Position numbers and translations under genes: made by a program. Positions 1 through 9,594 of a stretch of 64,000 nucleotides of DNA are shown here, piece after piece. The DNA is from an uncultured Candidatus Micrarchaeota archaeon (GTDB lineage: Archaea; Micrarchaeota; Micrarchaeia; Micrarchaeales; Micrarchaeaceae), in contig CAVUGN010000002.1 of assembly GCA_963741095.1 (NCBI GenBank), forward strand, positions 201,546 through 265,545, read 5' to 3'. The notes beneath the pieces were generated by a model. The model was not told where the DNA came from. It worked only from the letters and a program-made list of their open reading frames with translations, and made no database searches. Positions within the stretch are counted from its first letter, which is position 1. Every line of letters starts with the position of its first letter.

Positions 1-63
1 TCCTGCGCACATCGCAAGGGATAAATATATTGGGAGCGTTGTAGAGAGCAAGGGGGTGCACGG

Positions 64-3000
64 ATGAAGAACCTTTTGCGCATTTCGTTCTTTCTGCTGC
101 TATCGCTGCTGGCCCTGTCATCGGTTTCAAAGATTTCCGTGGCTGCACCGGGAATAATGGTGCCCTACTACATAGACCTGTCAAATTCGGCATCGCTCAA
201 TGAGCTTATCTCGGCGCACACCAGCAATCCCTCCGTGCCCATGATAGTCATAGTCAATCTGGGCAATCCTGGCGGCCCAGGCACCTCATCAAGCCCAACA
301 TCCCTTTCGGCAATACAGCAGATGCAGAATTCCGGCATAACGGTCGTGGGGTACGTTGACACGGACTACGGCGCGATATCCCAAAGCACGGAAGAGACCG
401 AGATGCAGGAATGGAAAAGCTGGTACGGCGTGACCGGCATATTCTTCGATGAGATGGCTGCCAGCTCGGGCTATGAAACATATTACACCACGCTGACGTC
501 ATACGCAAAATCCACACTTGGAATGTCCCTTACGATAGGAAACCCCGGCGGACCCACACAGTCGAGCTACGTTCATACGGTCGACATCATAACAATATAC
601 GAATCTCCAGGCATGCCGAGCACCGGCAGTCTCAACACCTTCGGCGATCCCGCCAGCAACTTTGCACTCATCGCCTACGGCGTCCCTTCAGCGCCTTCCG
701 CTTCAACACTCAGCAGCTACTCACCGTACGTTAGCTACCTGTATGTCACAGATGCGAGCGGCGGCAATCCCTACGACGTACTGCCCTCATATTTTTCATC
801 AGAAGTTGCGGCGCTCAACACTGGCGGCGCCACCACCACGTCCACATCCTCTAGTTCATCATCCTCAACAATCGCGACCAATCCCTGCACCACATGCGAG
901 GACAACTGCCTGGCTGGCTGCGGCAGCGACATCGGCTGCGCCACCAACTGCGGCGGAGGCGCCGGCGAAACGTGCTATGCTGCTTGCAGCAGCGGCACCA
1001 CCGCTCCCACAACCACGATTCCAACCGATCCATGCACCGCCTGCGAAGACAATTGCCTGTCGGGCTGCGGCAGCAACATCGGTTGCGCTACAAACTGCGG
1101 CGGCGGCCCGGGCGAGACGTGTTATAATGCCTGCGGCACCACAACCGTGCCCACAACCACTATTCCAACCGATTCATGCACCGCCTGCGAGGACAACTGC
1201 CTTGCGGACTGCGGCAGCGACCTTGGTTGTGCTGCGAGTTGCGGTGGCAGCTTCGGCGAGACGTGCTATGTCGCCTGTGGCAGCACTGTAACTTCGATCC
1301 CTACAACAACCATTCCCCAGGGCCAGTCTGGAACATGCGTCGGCGGCGATCCTACCAGCCCCTGCACCTTCCTCGACGCTGTGGAATCATCCACCACCTA
1401 CGATGGGGCTGGAGGGGGAACGATAGTGCAATTGCCTCCAAACACAAATCCGAGCCCGTTGCCGATAATAAGCGAGGTCCTGCAGCAGAACGCGCAGGAC
1501 GCCCAATTCCTCCTGACCTGCCCCAACAACCCAGATGCTTCGCAGACGTTGGAGTACCTCACCTCGGATCTGCCCGGCCAGACGTCCTACATAATGGGCG
1601 ACAAATGCCTCGCCGAAAGCGCGCCGCTTCAGACATCGGTCGCGCGGCAGATAGTGGTCTCATGGTCCGGCTATGTGCCCGCGAGCTCGACCGCATCGGT
1701 CGCGTTTGACAATCTCGCCATCGGGGCGGTGAGCAATCTGGCCTATTCCGGCGGCTCCGATACGAACGGGAACAGAAACTACAATCTATCAAACGGTTAT
1801 GACTCTGCTTCGTACATATCCGGCCAGGTGCCAGCCAGCCCGCAGTACGGCATCTGGACATGGAATGCGGAGTACGCCAACTTAGCGGCTGTAAATGCGG
1901 GCCTGTCTGCTCTCCAGACTCCGGACGCACTGACGAACCTTCAGATACTCGACATCAACCAGCACCAGTTCTCCGGAAATCCGTTGTACTGCAAGAGCAC
2001 GCTCGAATACACCTCTCCATGCGGCGCAACGACCACAAGCACATCAAGCATCGGCTCCACCACGACGACCTCCTCCACCTATGGTCCCTGCGGTGAATAC
2101 AGCGTATCCTACATAGATCCCACCACGGGGGAGATAACCTGCGTGAGCGGCCATACTACCGCTCCGTTGCCGGTGAGGCAGTACCAACCGGTCAACTCTG
2201 TCGCGCCAGCTTCGGTCAACGCCTCGAACCTCCACACACCGAAAACAATGGCTAACGTGGGCGACGATTCTGGCGGTGGGGATTGTGTCAGTGATGCCGT
2301 TCCAGATTGCGGTGGGAATCCATACTACGTGCGCAGTCTGGTCCCGACAAACTACTACTGGAGTTGCAGCTATCTTTACAACTATCAGGTGAACGCGGAG
2401 GTCAGCAACCTCGGCAACACCCAGATACCTGTGCCGGTGCAGACCGCCACGCTGCCGCAAAAGCCCTACCTGCTCATGAACAACTTCCCCTACGGCGGTT
2501 TCGTCGAACAAAGTCTGCCAGGCTCTTGCTCGGATCTGGATCTCTTCCACGGAACTCCCTGCGACGACTGGACCAAAATATCGAGCTCGGCCACCCTTTA
2601 TCTGGCGAACGGCAAAAAGTACGGGGTGAACGTCTATGTCGATCCCGCGGATCCAAGCAACTACTGGACAGTCTATTCGACCAGCTGGTTCGGCTATATC
2701 GGCTTCAGCCTCCATACCGGGTTCGTCCCGATCACAAGCCTGACGTACAAATCCGTGGGTGCGCTGCCCTACCTGCTGTACAACATATCCATGCCCGCGG
2801 AAATCGGTGCAATCAACAACAGAGAGGAATACCTCAATCTGTCGTACGACATCTACAGCCCGCACAACTATCTCGACCCGGCAAATTACCTAGAACCGTT
2901 GCCATTGTCGACGGATTCCGGCTTATTTGCGGCGTACAAGAGTGGCAGTGCAACCGATCTTGGCATCTTCCCGTCAAACATGCTATCGCTCTCGAATCCG

Positions 3001-6000
3001 TACGTGGCGGGCCTGGACGAGGCTGTGACCAGCTTCCTGAGCTCGATTATCAACCTGCCTGCCGGCCTTTCGTCCTTGGCCATCTTCGGCTCAAATGTCA
3101 GGGTGGGCAACTATTACACCGGCGTACTGGCAAACCCGATATACCTGTCGGCGGCGCCGAACGATTACATATACGCGCTGACGTCCGCAGAGCCCTGCAC
3201 GTTCTGGATACTCGGCTGCAACCAGCACATATACCTCTACACCATGCGCTTCATACCCGCGGGCGACCTTAACCTGACGAACAACCAGCCGAACGCGCTA
3301 GGCCCCATAACCTGCGCAGATTCCTCGACCTGCCCCGATGCCTGGAATGCCCTGTGGACCAGTTCATCCGGCTACTGGGCAAACTCGCTCCGCGAGCAGT
3401 CGCAGAACCTCTACGTGACGAACGTTTACCCGATCAGCTCCACCGGCTCATCGTTCTGGGCGAGCGGCAACTGGCAGCATGATGCCGCAAACAACAATCC
3501 ATCCATAGCGCCGACGGCGGTCACGACCGATTATGACGATGACCTGTTCATGCTCGGCTGCGACAACGGCAGCTGCAGCAACTTCAAGTTCGCGGAAATG
3601 ATTCCGGGCGCCGGAGGAGGCAATTACATATACGATGCCGGCCAAACGCCGGCCGGTTTCAAGGCCACCGGCGAGCTCGCCGCAGACCCGGACGGGCAGT
3701 ACGTGTACGTCGCCGGCGAGAACTACGGCAACGTCCTAGTGTACGGCACGCCACCGAATTCAAACTTCATCTATCTGTCGAGCGTGCCGCTGTCGTTTTC
3801 AAATCCAGCCTACAATTTCAACGTGGTGTCCTATCTAGCCAGCGGCGGCCCGTTCGGCAACGCGCTCATCGCCAGCGCCTACTCCAACATTGCCGGGGTC
3901 AACGACGTCTCGTCAAACCACCACCCCCTGGCCATAAGCGAGTATGACGGTTTCCTGTACGTCCTTGACAATTGGACATTCAAAGTGCCAGTAAACGTGA
4001 ACGGCGCACTGGAGGAGATGAGCTCTGCGATACTGCTAGTGAGAGCCTTCACCGAAAACGGCATGGAGGTGCCGATAGACGGATCATCAATGAATTATCT
4101 GGTTCCGGCATTCGGGGGCGCGGTAAGCACCACGACCGGCGTATCTGTGCCACAGGGAGGTTGGGCTCCGTACGGATGGCCTATCTCCGCGAACATAATG
4201 GTCACTCCCTTTGCGCCCGATGGCGGCGCCGTACCGACCCACATATCCTACTGCGCGGCAGGCTGCACCTACTCGCCGAACACGATAAGCACGGGCTATC
4301 CGCCGATAGGTCCTGCCATAAGCGAGGATGGGCGCATCGCGGAGTCCGGCAAAAATGCGGACCTCGGCTTTTCCACGGACTTCAACGGCACTTCATACAT
4401 GATAGCGCACGACTACAACTGGGTTGACGGCGTTCCAGGCGTCTCGACCTGCTCTTCCTGTTCGTCGTCGTACACCGAATTGCTGTCGTTCAAACTCAAC
4501 CTGCTCAACTACACGACGCTGTCGTACGGGGCCAATTCGCCATACACCTGCTACATCGGCGGCAACACCGTCGTGTATCCTAGCACGCCATGCACCTACG
4601 ACACCACCAGCAACATAGTGGACATATACGCGCCCATACTCGGCGTGCCCAGCTCATTCGACTATGTCGAGAGCGAGGGGTCGCCGCAGCAGTTCACTTC
4701 GATCACCGGCCTGCTCACTTCAAGCGTGCCCGGCGGCGTCGACACCAGCCAGTATAGCGGCAAGGCCACGCAGCAGCCCATCACCGCTTCCTGCGTCGAC
4801 GGCACCACCGGCGAGAGCACAGGCACGCCCCTATGCGCCAGGAGCAGCGAAACTCCGGCCTGCGCCAGCTCCACAACCCTGTCCTGCACCTCTGGCGGAA
4901 CGCCCACCTGCCCCTCCGGGGCTCCAACCTGCACCGATGTGACCACCAACATATTCTGCTCGAACGGGGACCAGGGCGCGGTTCCGACCTGCGCCGATTT
5001 AAGCAACCCCACCTGCGTTTCAACCGGCGGATCCACCAACAAGCCGGAATGCGCGGACAAAAGCGCGCCACTCTGCACCCCGACTGATCCCAACCAGCCC
5101 CTGGGGACTGCGGAGTGCAGCACCCAGGTGCAGCCCCTTTGCCCCGACGGCACCACCCTTCCATCGTGCAACACGGAAACTGATCCGTCCAACGCGCCGC
5201 AGTGCAACACCGGCCTGCAGGTCCAGTGCCCATCCGGCCTGAGCGCGACGCCATGCGCTTCGCCTGGCAGCGCGCCGACCTGCCTGTCCCTCAACACCCT
5301 GCCCCCTCCGCCCGGCGGCACCGGCGTCTCCGCGATCATGAACACCTATGTCAACAGCGTGATAACCGGCTACCTTCTAGTGCCTTACCACTACACCTAC
5401 CAGATGTGGCAGCAGTGGTCCCCAGATCCGATTCCAACAGGGTCCGTGTACTCCTCGTACAGCTTCAACCCGGGCGATGACGTGATGGTAAACGGTGCCC
5501 TTCCGGGAGACGATTTCTCTGGCACGCTGTGCCCACCGTTCACGCTCCCGCCCCCTGTGCCCGCACCCAACGCAGGGGTAGCGACCCTGACTGATCAAGC
5601 CAATACCATCTACACGATGAACCAGGTCAACATGCAGAGCAACTACCTGCAGGACGACATACAGGGTGGGGACACCTACCTGCAACTTGGTGAGCTCTCG
5701 CAGATCAACCAGGCCTATTACACCTCAAATCTTTCCGATGCTGGGACGGTCACGTATCCGGACCTAAGCTACAACATATTCACCAACAGGTGGTACGGGG
5801 AGATGTTCGTAAACCAGACCATCGGCCCACAGAATTTTGTGCCGGTGGTGCTTGCCGGCGCACAGGTCATGAACGCGGTGCAGACCGACAACTACTGGCT
5901 TGAAGACTACGTGCAGCAGGAAGCAAACGGCCAGACCTTCCCTGCCTATGCGGCCCAGGATGTCCTGCCTTTGGCAAGCCCGAAAATAGGCGCGGACTGC

Positions 6001-7266
6001 GGAGGCACGGGATGCCCGGCTAACTACTACTACGATCCCCTGCTTTCTCCCCTGTCCAGCGCGCTCACCTACGCAAATTCGATGCAGCCCAGCATCATAC
6101 CAGTCTTCCAGCTCTTCGCCCAGTCGTCGTACCTCTACGGCCTCGACCTCGACCTGAGCCTGAATCCGAACATCTACGGCTACAACCGGCTCGTCTACAC
6201 CTTTGTCGACAGCTTCAACAACATCATAACCGCGCCGCTCGACGCAGACCTCGCCAACATAGCCACAGTCACCGCCTCGGTGCAGACGACGACCAATCCG
6301 CTCAACGCGAACGAGACCAACGTCATAGTCTCGGGCACCGCGATGTACACGCTGCCCTCCGGGATGCAGCCCCTGCCTGCCGGTTCGCCGATATACCTCT
6401 ACTACGACACCAACATCAACTTTTACAACAGCATAGTCAGCCCAGCAGACTCCGATCCGACGAACTACTACCAGTATTCGCTCCAGTGCGCCTTCTCCAC
6501 AAGCCTACAGGCCTGCCAGTTAGCCAATCCGCTATCGACATTGACGCAGCCTGCCGGCGCCACAAACCCGAAGACCTTCGGCCCAATCGAAGCCAACGTG
6601 ATCACCTTCCAGACCCAGTACGATTACAACGCAGTCGACTACCGGGCGGGCAACCCGCTGGCCGGCACCACTGTGCCCCAATGCGCTGCGACGCCAAGCA
6701 GCCTCCTGGACCTGCCGGCCTGCCTGCTGAACAGGGCCAAATGCGAGTGCAACATCAACGGCGACTACGGCCTGGATCCGATACGGTCCGACCCCTACAA
6801 TGCCAAACTTGACGAGTACTGCGAGCCAGTGTACGACGACGGCAACGGCATCTTCACCTCGCAGATAGGGCTTGTCGCGATCGCCAACACGCTGCCTGAC
6901 GGCACGTTCAACGCCGTCTTCGACACCTGCGGCTCCGGCACGCCCTCGATAGTTGCACAGTACTACGGCTACCCGCCGCCAGAGCCGCTGCCTGTCTTCC
7001 AGCCCTCGCTGCCCTACTCGGCCAACGCCTTCCTCTTCGAAGTGCCGCCCTCCGGCTTCGTGACCTCGAACGAATTCAACTACGCGTACTCTCCTGCCTC
7101 GCAGTCGGCATCCTTCAACATAGGCAGCTACGCCCTGCCGTTCGGCGACGTGGACCCGGCAGCGCTCATGCTTGCAGCGTTGGCGCTGCTGATCATATCC
7201 TACGCAAAGCGCGCCACGCAAAAACCCTCCGGAAAGGCGCAAACGGACGATGTGAACAAGGATTAA
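64..7266 (+). CDS. Giant (2400 aa) secreted, membrane-anchored surface protein with N-terminal spherulin-4/GH135-like domain, Cys-rich repeats and propeller-like segments
   Basis: N-terminal signal peptide. Residues ~30-250 carry spherulin-4 hallmarks (VPYY, IVN.G.GPG, VVGYV.T.YG, GIFFDEM, GNPG, TIYE). Thr/Ser linkers, Cys-rich repeats, and a C-terminal hydrophobic helix followed by a basic tail. Confidence 0.8.
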   Translation: MKNLLRISFFLLLSLLALSSVSKISVAAPGIMVPYYIDLSNSASLNELISAHTSNPSVPMIVIVNLGNPGGPGTSSSPTSLSAIQQMQNSGITVVGYVDTDYGAISQSTEETEMQEWKSWYGVTGIFFDEMAASSGYETYYTTLTSYAKSTLGMSLTIGNPGGPTQSSYVHTVDIITIYESPGMPSTGSLNTFGDPASNFALIAYGVPSAPSASTLSSYSPYVSYLYVTDASGGNPYDVLPSYFSSEVAALNTGGATTTSTSSSSSSSTIATNPCTTCEDNCLAGCGSDIGCATNCGGGAGETCYAACSSGTTAPTTTIPTDPCTACEDNCLSGCGSNIGCATNCGGGPGETCYNACGTTTVPTTTIPTDSCTACEDNCLADCGSDLGCAASCGGSFGETCYVACGSTVTSIPTTTIPQGQSGTCVGGDPTSPCTFLDAVESSTTYDGAGGGTIVQLPPNTNPSPLPIISEVLQQNAQDAQFLLTCPNNPDASQTLEYLTSDLPGQTSYIMGDKCLAESAPLQTSVARQIVVSWSGYVPASSTASVAFDNLAIGAVSNLAYSGGSDTNGNRNYNLSNGYDSASYISGQVPASPQYGIWTWNAEYANLAAVNAGLSALQTPDALTNLQILDINQHQFSGNPLYCKSTLEYTSPCGATTTSTSSIGSTTTTSSTYGPCGEYSVSYIDPTTGEITCVSGHTTAPLPVRQYQPVNSVAPASVNASNLHTPKTMANVGDDSGGGDCVSDAVPDCGGNPYYVRSLVPTNYYWSCSYLYNYQVNAEVSNLGNTQIPVPVQTATLPQKPYLLMNNFPYGGFVEQSLPGSCSDLDLFHGTPCDDWTKISSSATLYLANGKKYGVNVYVDPADPSNYWTVYSTSWFGYIGFSLHTGFVPITSLTYKSVGALPYLLYNISMPAEIGAINNREEYLNLSYDIYSPHNYLDPANYLEPLPLSTDSGLFAAYKSGSATDLGIFPSNMLSLSNPYVAGLDEAVTSFLSSIINLPAGLSSLAIFGSNVRVGNYYTGVLANPIYLSAAPNDYIYALTSAEPCTFWILGCNQHIYLYTMRFIPAGDLNLTNNQPNALGPITCADSSTCPDAWNALWTSSSGYWANSLREQSQNLYVTNVYPISSTGSSFWASGNWQHDAANNNPSIAPTAVTTDYDDDLFMLGCDNGSCSNFKFAEMIPGAGGGNYIYDAGQTPAGFKATGELAADPDGQYVYVAGENYGNVLVYGTPPNSNFIYLSSVPLSFSNPAYNFNVVSYLASGGPFGNALIASAYSNIAGVNDVSSNHHPLAISEYDGFLYVLDNWTFKVPVNVNGALEEMSSAILLVRAFTENGMEVPIDGSSMNYLVPAFGGAVSTTTGVSVPQGGWAPYGWPISANIMVTPFAPDGGAVPTHISYCAAGCTYSPNTISTGYPPIGPAISEDGRIAESGKNADLGFSTDFNGTSYMIAHDYNWVDGVPGVSTCSSCSSSYTELLSFKLNLLNYTTLSYGANSPYTCYIGGNTVVYPSTPCTYDTTSNIVDIYAPILGVPSSFDYVESEGSPQQFTSITGLLTSSVPGGVDTSQYSGKATQQPITASCVDGTTGESTGTPLCARSSETPACASSTTLSCTSGGTPTCPSGAPTCTDVTTNIFCSNGDQGAVPTCADLSNPTCVSTGGSTNKPECADKSAPLCTPTDPNQPLGTAECSTQVQPLCPDGTTLPSCNTETDPSNAPQCNTGLQVQCPSGLSATPCASPGSAPTCLSLNTLPPPPGGTGVSAIMNTYVNSVITGYLLVPYHYTYQMWQQWSPDPIPTGSVYSSYSFNPGDDVMVNGALPGDDFSGTLCPPFTLPPPVPAPNAGVATLTDQANTIYTMNQVNMQSNYLQDDIQGGDTYLQLGELSQINQAYYTSNLSDAGTVTYPDLSYNIFTNRWYGEMFVNQTIGPQNFVPVVLAGAQVMNAVQTDNYWLEDYVQQEANGQTFPAYAAQDVLPLASPKIGADCGGTGCPANYYYDPLLSPLSSALTYANSMQPSIIPVFQLFAQSSYLYGLDLDLSLNPNIYGYNRLVYTFVDSFNNIITAPLDADLANIATVTASVQTTTNPLNANETNVIVSGTAMYTLPSGMQPLPAGSPIYLYYDTNINFYNSIVSPADSDPTNYYQYSLQCAFSTSLQACQLANPLSTLTQPAGATNPKTFGPIEANVITFQTQYDYNAVDYRAGNPLAGTTVPQCAATPSSLLDLPACLLNRAKCECNINGDYGLDPIRSDPYNAKLDEYCEPVYDDGNGIFTSQIGLVAIANTLPDGTFNAVFDTCGSGTPSIVAQYYGYPPPEPLPVFQPSLPYSANAFLFEVPPSGFVTSNEFNYAYSPASQSASFNIGSYALPFGDVDPAALMLAALALLIISYAKRATQKPSGKAQTDDVNKD
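883..1278 (+). repeat. Three tandem intragenic copies of a ~35-aa, 8-Cys module (CxxCEDNCLxxCGSxxGCAxxCGGxxGETCYxAC) separated by Thr-rich linkers
   Basis: Visible in both protein and DNA, with copies at about 883-987, 1030-1134 and 1174-1278. Confidence 0.9.
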
Positions 7267-7271
7267 ATGCG

Positions 7272-7817
7272 CTACACGCGCCTCAAGAACTCTTCAAGAA
7301 TCACATTGAGGCTGTCCTTCGCATGGCGGATCGGATCGGGCATCGAGTTCTGCACCAGCCAGTACTCATCGCAGAAAGCCGGCAGGCGGTTGTTCATGCG
7401 GGAATTCAGGGCCTCCTTGCTGATCGTCGAGGCGATTATGAGGTAAAAGCCATCGCCGTACCTGAGCCTGAACCTGTGGTATTTGTCCACGGCGATGTGT
7501 ATCTCATCATCGGTGAGCGTGGACATGGAGTGCGGCTCTATGATCACGCGTTTGCCATCGACCCTCAACTCGGTCACGAAATCCGGTACGTAATGGTCAA
7601 CCTCATGCAGGACATTCAGGTGCATGATGAACGGCTCATAATAAGTCTTTATTCTGTGCTGCCGCAGACAATCCATGAATGCATATTCGTAGCCGGTGGT
7701 AACGCTGGTCTTTGCGGATATCGGCGTGATAAATCCCATATCGAGCAGCGTTTTCGCTTCGTCCGTGCTTAGAATATGCGTTCTTGCGTGATGCACCGCT
7801 TCGTGGCACTTCGTCAT
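7272..7817 (-). CDS. Hypothetical protein, probable PD-(D/E)xK nuclease-like fold (~181 aa)
   Basis: The 3' part of the 353-aa ORF, with likely start MTKCHE at 7817 because the upstream part overlaps aIF-5A. Motif YEP...HYVPDFV...RVIIEPH. Confidence 0.5.
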   Translation of the reverse strand: MTKCHEAVHHARTHILSTDEAKTLLDMGFITPISAKTSVTTGYEYAFMDCLRQHRIKTYYEPFIMHLNVLHEVDHYVPDFVTELRVDGKRVIIEPHSMSTLTDDEIHIAVDKYHRFRLRYGDGFYLIIASTISKEALNSRMNNRLPAFCDEYWLVQNSMPDPIRHAKDSLNVILEEFLRRV

Positions 7818-8000
7818 GCGAATACCTTTTTCATCCGATAAGCCATCAATTAAAATAATACTTATACCTGCCTGATCCGTGGAATACGGCGCATTTCCGG
7901 CAGTTTGCGTCCTGCACCGCAACCGCTGCGCCCATGCCGAGAAGGTGTAAGCTATATATACTTTCTTTAACAATTTAATCCAATTTCTCTGGTTGTTCAA

Positions 8001-8402
8001 ATGGCTGACGATATAACCCCAGTGCCAATGAAGGACATGCGCGTTGGCAGGTTCCTGATGATAGACGGCATAGCGTGCAGGGTCGTGGACATAGACATAA
8101 GCTCGCCGGGCAAGCACGGATCCGCGAAGATGAGGATAACCGGCATAGGCATCTTCGACGGGCAGAAGAAGACACTTCTGACGCCCAGCCACTCTGACGG
8201 CGAGGCGCCGGTCATAAAGAAGACCAAGGCACAGGTCGTCTCGGTCGGCGAGAAAACGGCGCAGCTCATGGATTCGGAGAGCTTCGAGATATACGAGCTG
8301 CCGATCATAGAGGAATTGGCGGGCAAGCTGCATCCGGGCAACGAGGTGGAAGTGATAGAGGCGACGGGCAGGAGGGCAATGGCAAGGATACTAGGGGGTT
8401 AA
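8001..8402 (+). CDS. eif5A: Translation factor aIF-5A
   Basis: SSPGKHGSAK hypusine-site motif. Confidence 0.97.
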   Translation: MADDITPVPMKDMRVGRFLMIDGIACRVVDIDISSPGKHGSAKMRITGIGIFDGQKKTLLTPSHSDGEAPVIKKTKAQVVSVGEKTAQLMDSESFEIYELPIIEELAGKLHPGNEVEVIEATGRRAMARILGG

Positions 8403-8403
8403 C

Positions 8404-8748
8404 ATGGAATTGAGCATAACATCAAACAAGGAGAACAAGCTGTTGGGAAGAAGAGAGATCGAGTTCAACGTGGTTCAGGAGAGCAGCACCCCATCAAAGA
8501 ACGAGATAAAGGCGGAGCTGTGCAAGAAGCTCAACCTGGATCCCGATTCCGTGATAGTGGTCAAGATGGACCAGAGCACCGGAGTCAAGCAGGGCCGCGG
8601 TGTCGCGCACGCTTATCCTTCGAAGGAGATGGTCGAGAAGTTCGAGCCCGCTTATCTTGTAAACAGGATGAAGGGCATAAAGGGCGCCAAGGTCGCAAAG
8701 GAGAAGAAGGGACCGACCGCGAAGAAGGAGGCTCCGGCTGAGAAGTGA
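8404..8748 (+). CDS. rps24e: 30S ribosomal protein S24e
   Basis: ENKLLGRREI...TPS N-terminal motif; directly upstream of rps27ae. Confidence 0.92.
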   Translation: MELSITSNKENKLLGRREIEFNVVQESSTPSKNEIKAELCKKLNLDPDSVIVVKMDQSTGVKQGRGVAHAYPSKEMVEKFEPAYLVNRMKGIKGAKVAKEKKGPTAKKEAPAEK

Positions 8749-8753
8749 TTCGA

Positions 8754-8903
8754 ATGGCCGACAAAAAAGACGCGAAGAAAGCCAAAGCCTACAAGGCTGG
8801 CAAGATGTGCCCGAAGTGCAACTCAAGGATGGCCGAGCATTCCGACCGCTACACGTGCGGCAGGTGCAGCTACACTGAGTTCAAGCATGTTGCAAAGCAA
8901 TGA
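8754..8903 (+). CDS. rps27ae: 30S ribosomal protein S27ae (eS31), 49 aa, absent from the ORF track
   Basis: Manual translation MADKKDAKKAKAYKAGKMCPKCNSRMAEHSDRYTCGRCSYTEFKHVAKQ shows the CPKC...MAEH.DR..CG.C zinc ribbon; SD-like AAGTGAT upstream. Confidence 0.93.
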   Translation: MADKKDAKKAKAYKAGKMCPKCNSRMAEHSDRYTCGRCSYTEFKHVAKQ

Positions 8904-9594
8904 TGTAGTGGCATCCAAACGAAAGAGCAAGGCGAAGAGCAAGGGCAGCAGCAAACTCGTCAGGTACGCATTCTATTCGATAACAGTATTCATTGCGATT
9001 GTGGGGTGGTTCGTGCTCGGGGAACTCTACCTGCACGGGCTGATCACCCAGACCGCCTTCACCGCCGACGCTTCCATAGAGCTGTCCCTGTTCTTCCCGT
9101 TCATAGTGTTCTCGTACCTGCTGGCGAAGAAAAACAAGCTAAAGAACATAGTCAACGATCTCGGCCTTTCAAGGAAGAGCCTGACGCTCAAGAACATCCT
9201 TATCGGCATATTTCTCTTTGGCCTCATACTGCTTTCGGAGTTCCTCATAGGCCTGTTCACCACGGTGACTGGAATACAGCTGCCGACCAACGTGAGCGCG
9301 GTGCTGGCCGGCATGCCCATCTATTTCCTGGTCTTCACTTTCCTCATAGCGCCGATAGACGAAGAGATACTGTTCAGGGGTTTCCTCGTGCCGCGTCTGG
9401 GCATAGTCGAGAGCGCCCTGCTGTTCGCGCTGCCGCACCTGCTCACATACGCCTCCTGGTCCGAGTTCGTAGCGGCCTTCGTGTTCGGCATCCTTGCGGG
9501 CTACTTCTTCAAGAAGCAAAAGTCGCTGTACATAACCATCCTCGCCCATCTGCTTGTCAATTTCCTGACTATAGCGGCGATGATGCTGCTGTGA
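8887..9594 (+). CDS. CPBP/CAAX-family intramembrane metalloprotease
   Basis: EEILFRG, FALPH and AHLLVN motifs; multiple TM helices. Start uncertain. Confidence 0.9.
   Translation: MLQSNDVVASKRKSKAKSKGSSKLVRYAFYSITVFIAIVGWFVLGELYLHGLITQTAFTADASIELSLFFPFIVFSYLLAKKNKLKNIVNDLGLSRKSLTLKNILIGIFLFGLILLSEFLIGLFTTVTGIQLPTNVSAVLAGMPIYFLVFTFLIAPIDEEILFRGFLVPRLGIVESALLFALPHLLTYASWSEFVAAFVFGILAGYFFKKQKSLYITILAHLLVNFLTIAAMMLL

Noticed and set aside
883-1278. Possible CRISPR array or DGR template/variable repeats
   Set aside because: The repeats are in-frame protein modules of >100 nt with codon-position-type differences. There are no unique spacers, no cas genes and no reverse transcriptase in the window.
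7818-8333. N-terminal half of the 353-aa minus-strand ORF
   Set aside because: It overlaps aIF-5A and its promoter on the opposite strand; only the 3' part looks like a real gene.
9006-9593. Apparent N-terminal extension of the TrmJ-like methyltransferase
   Set aside because: It overlaps the CAAX protease in another frame; the real start is the TGATG junction at 9594.
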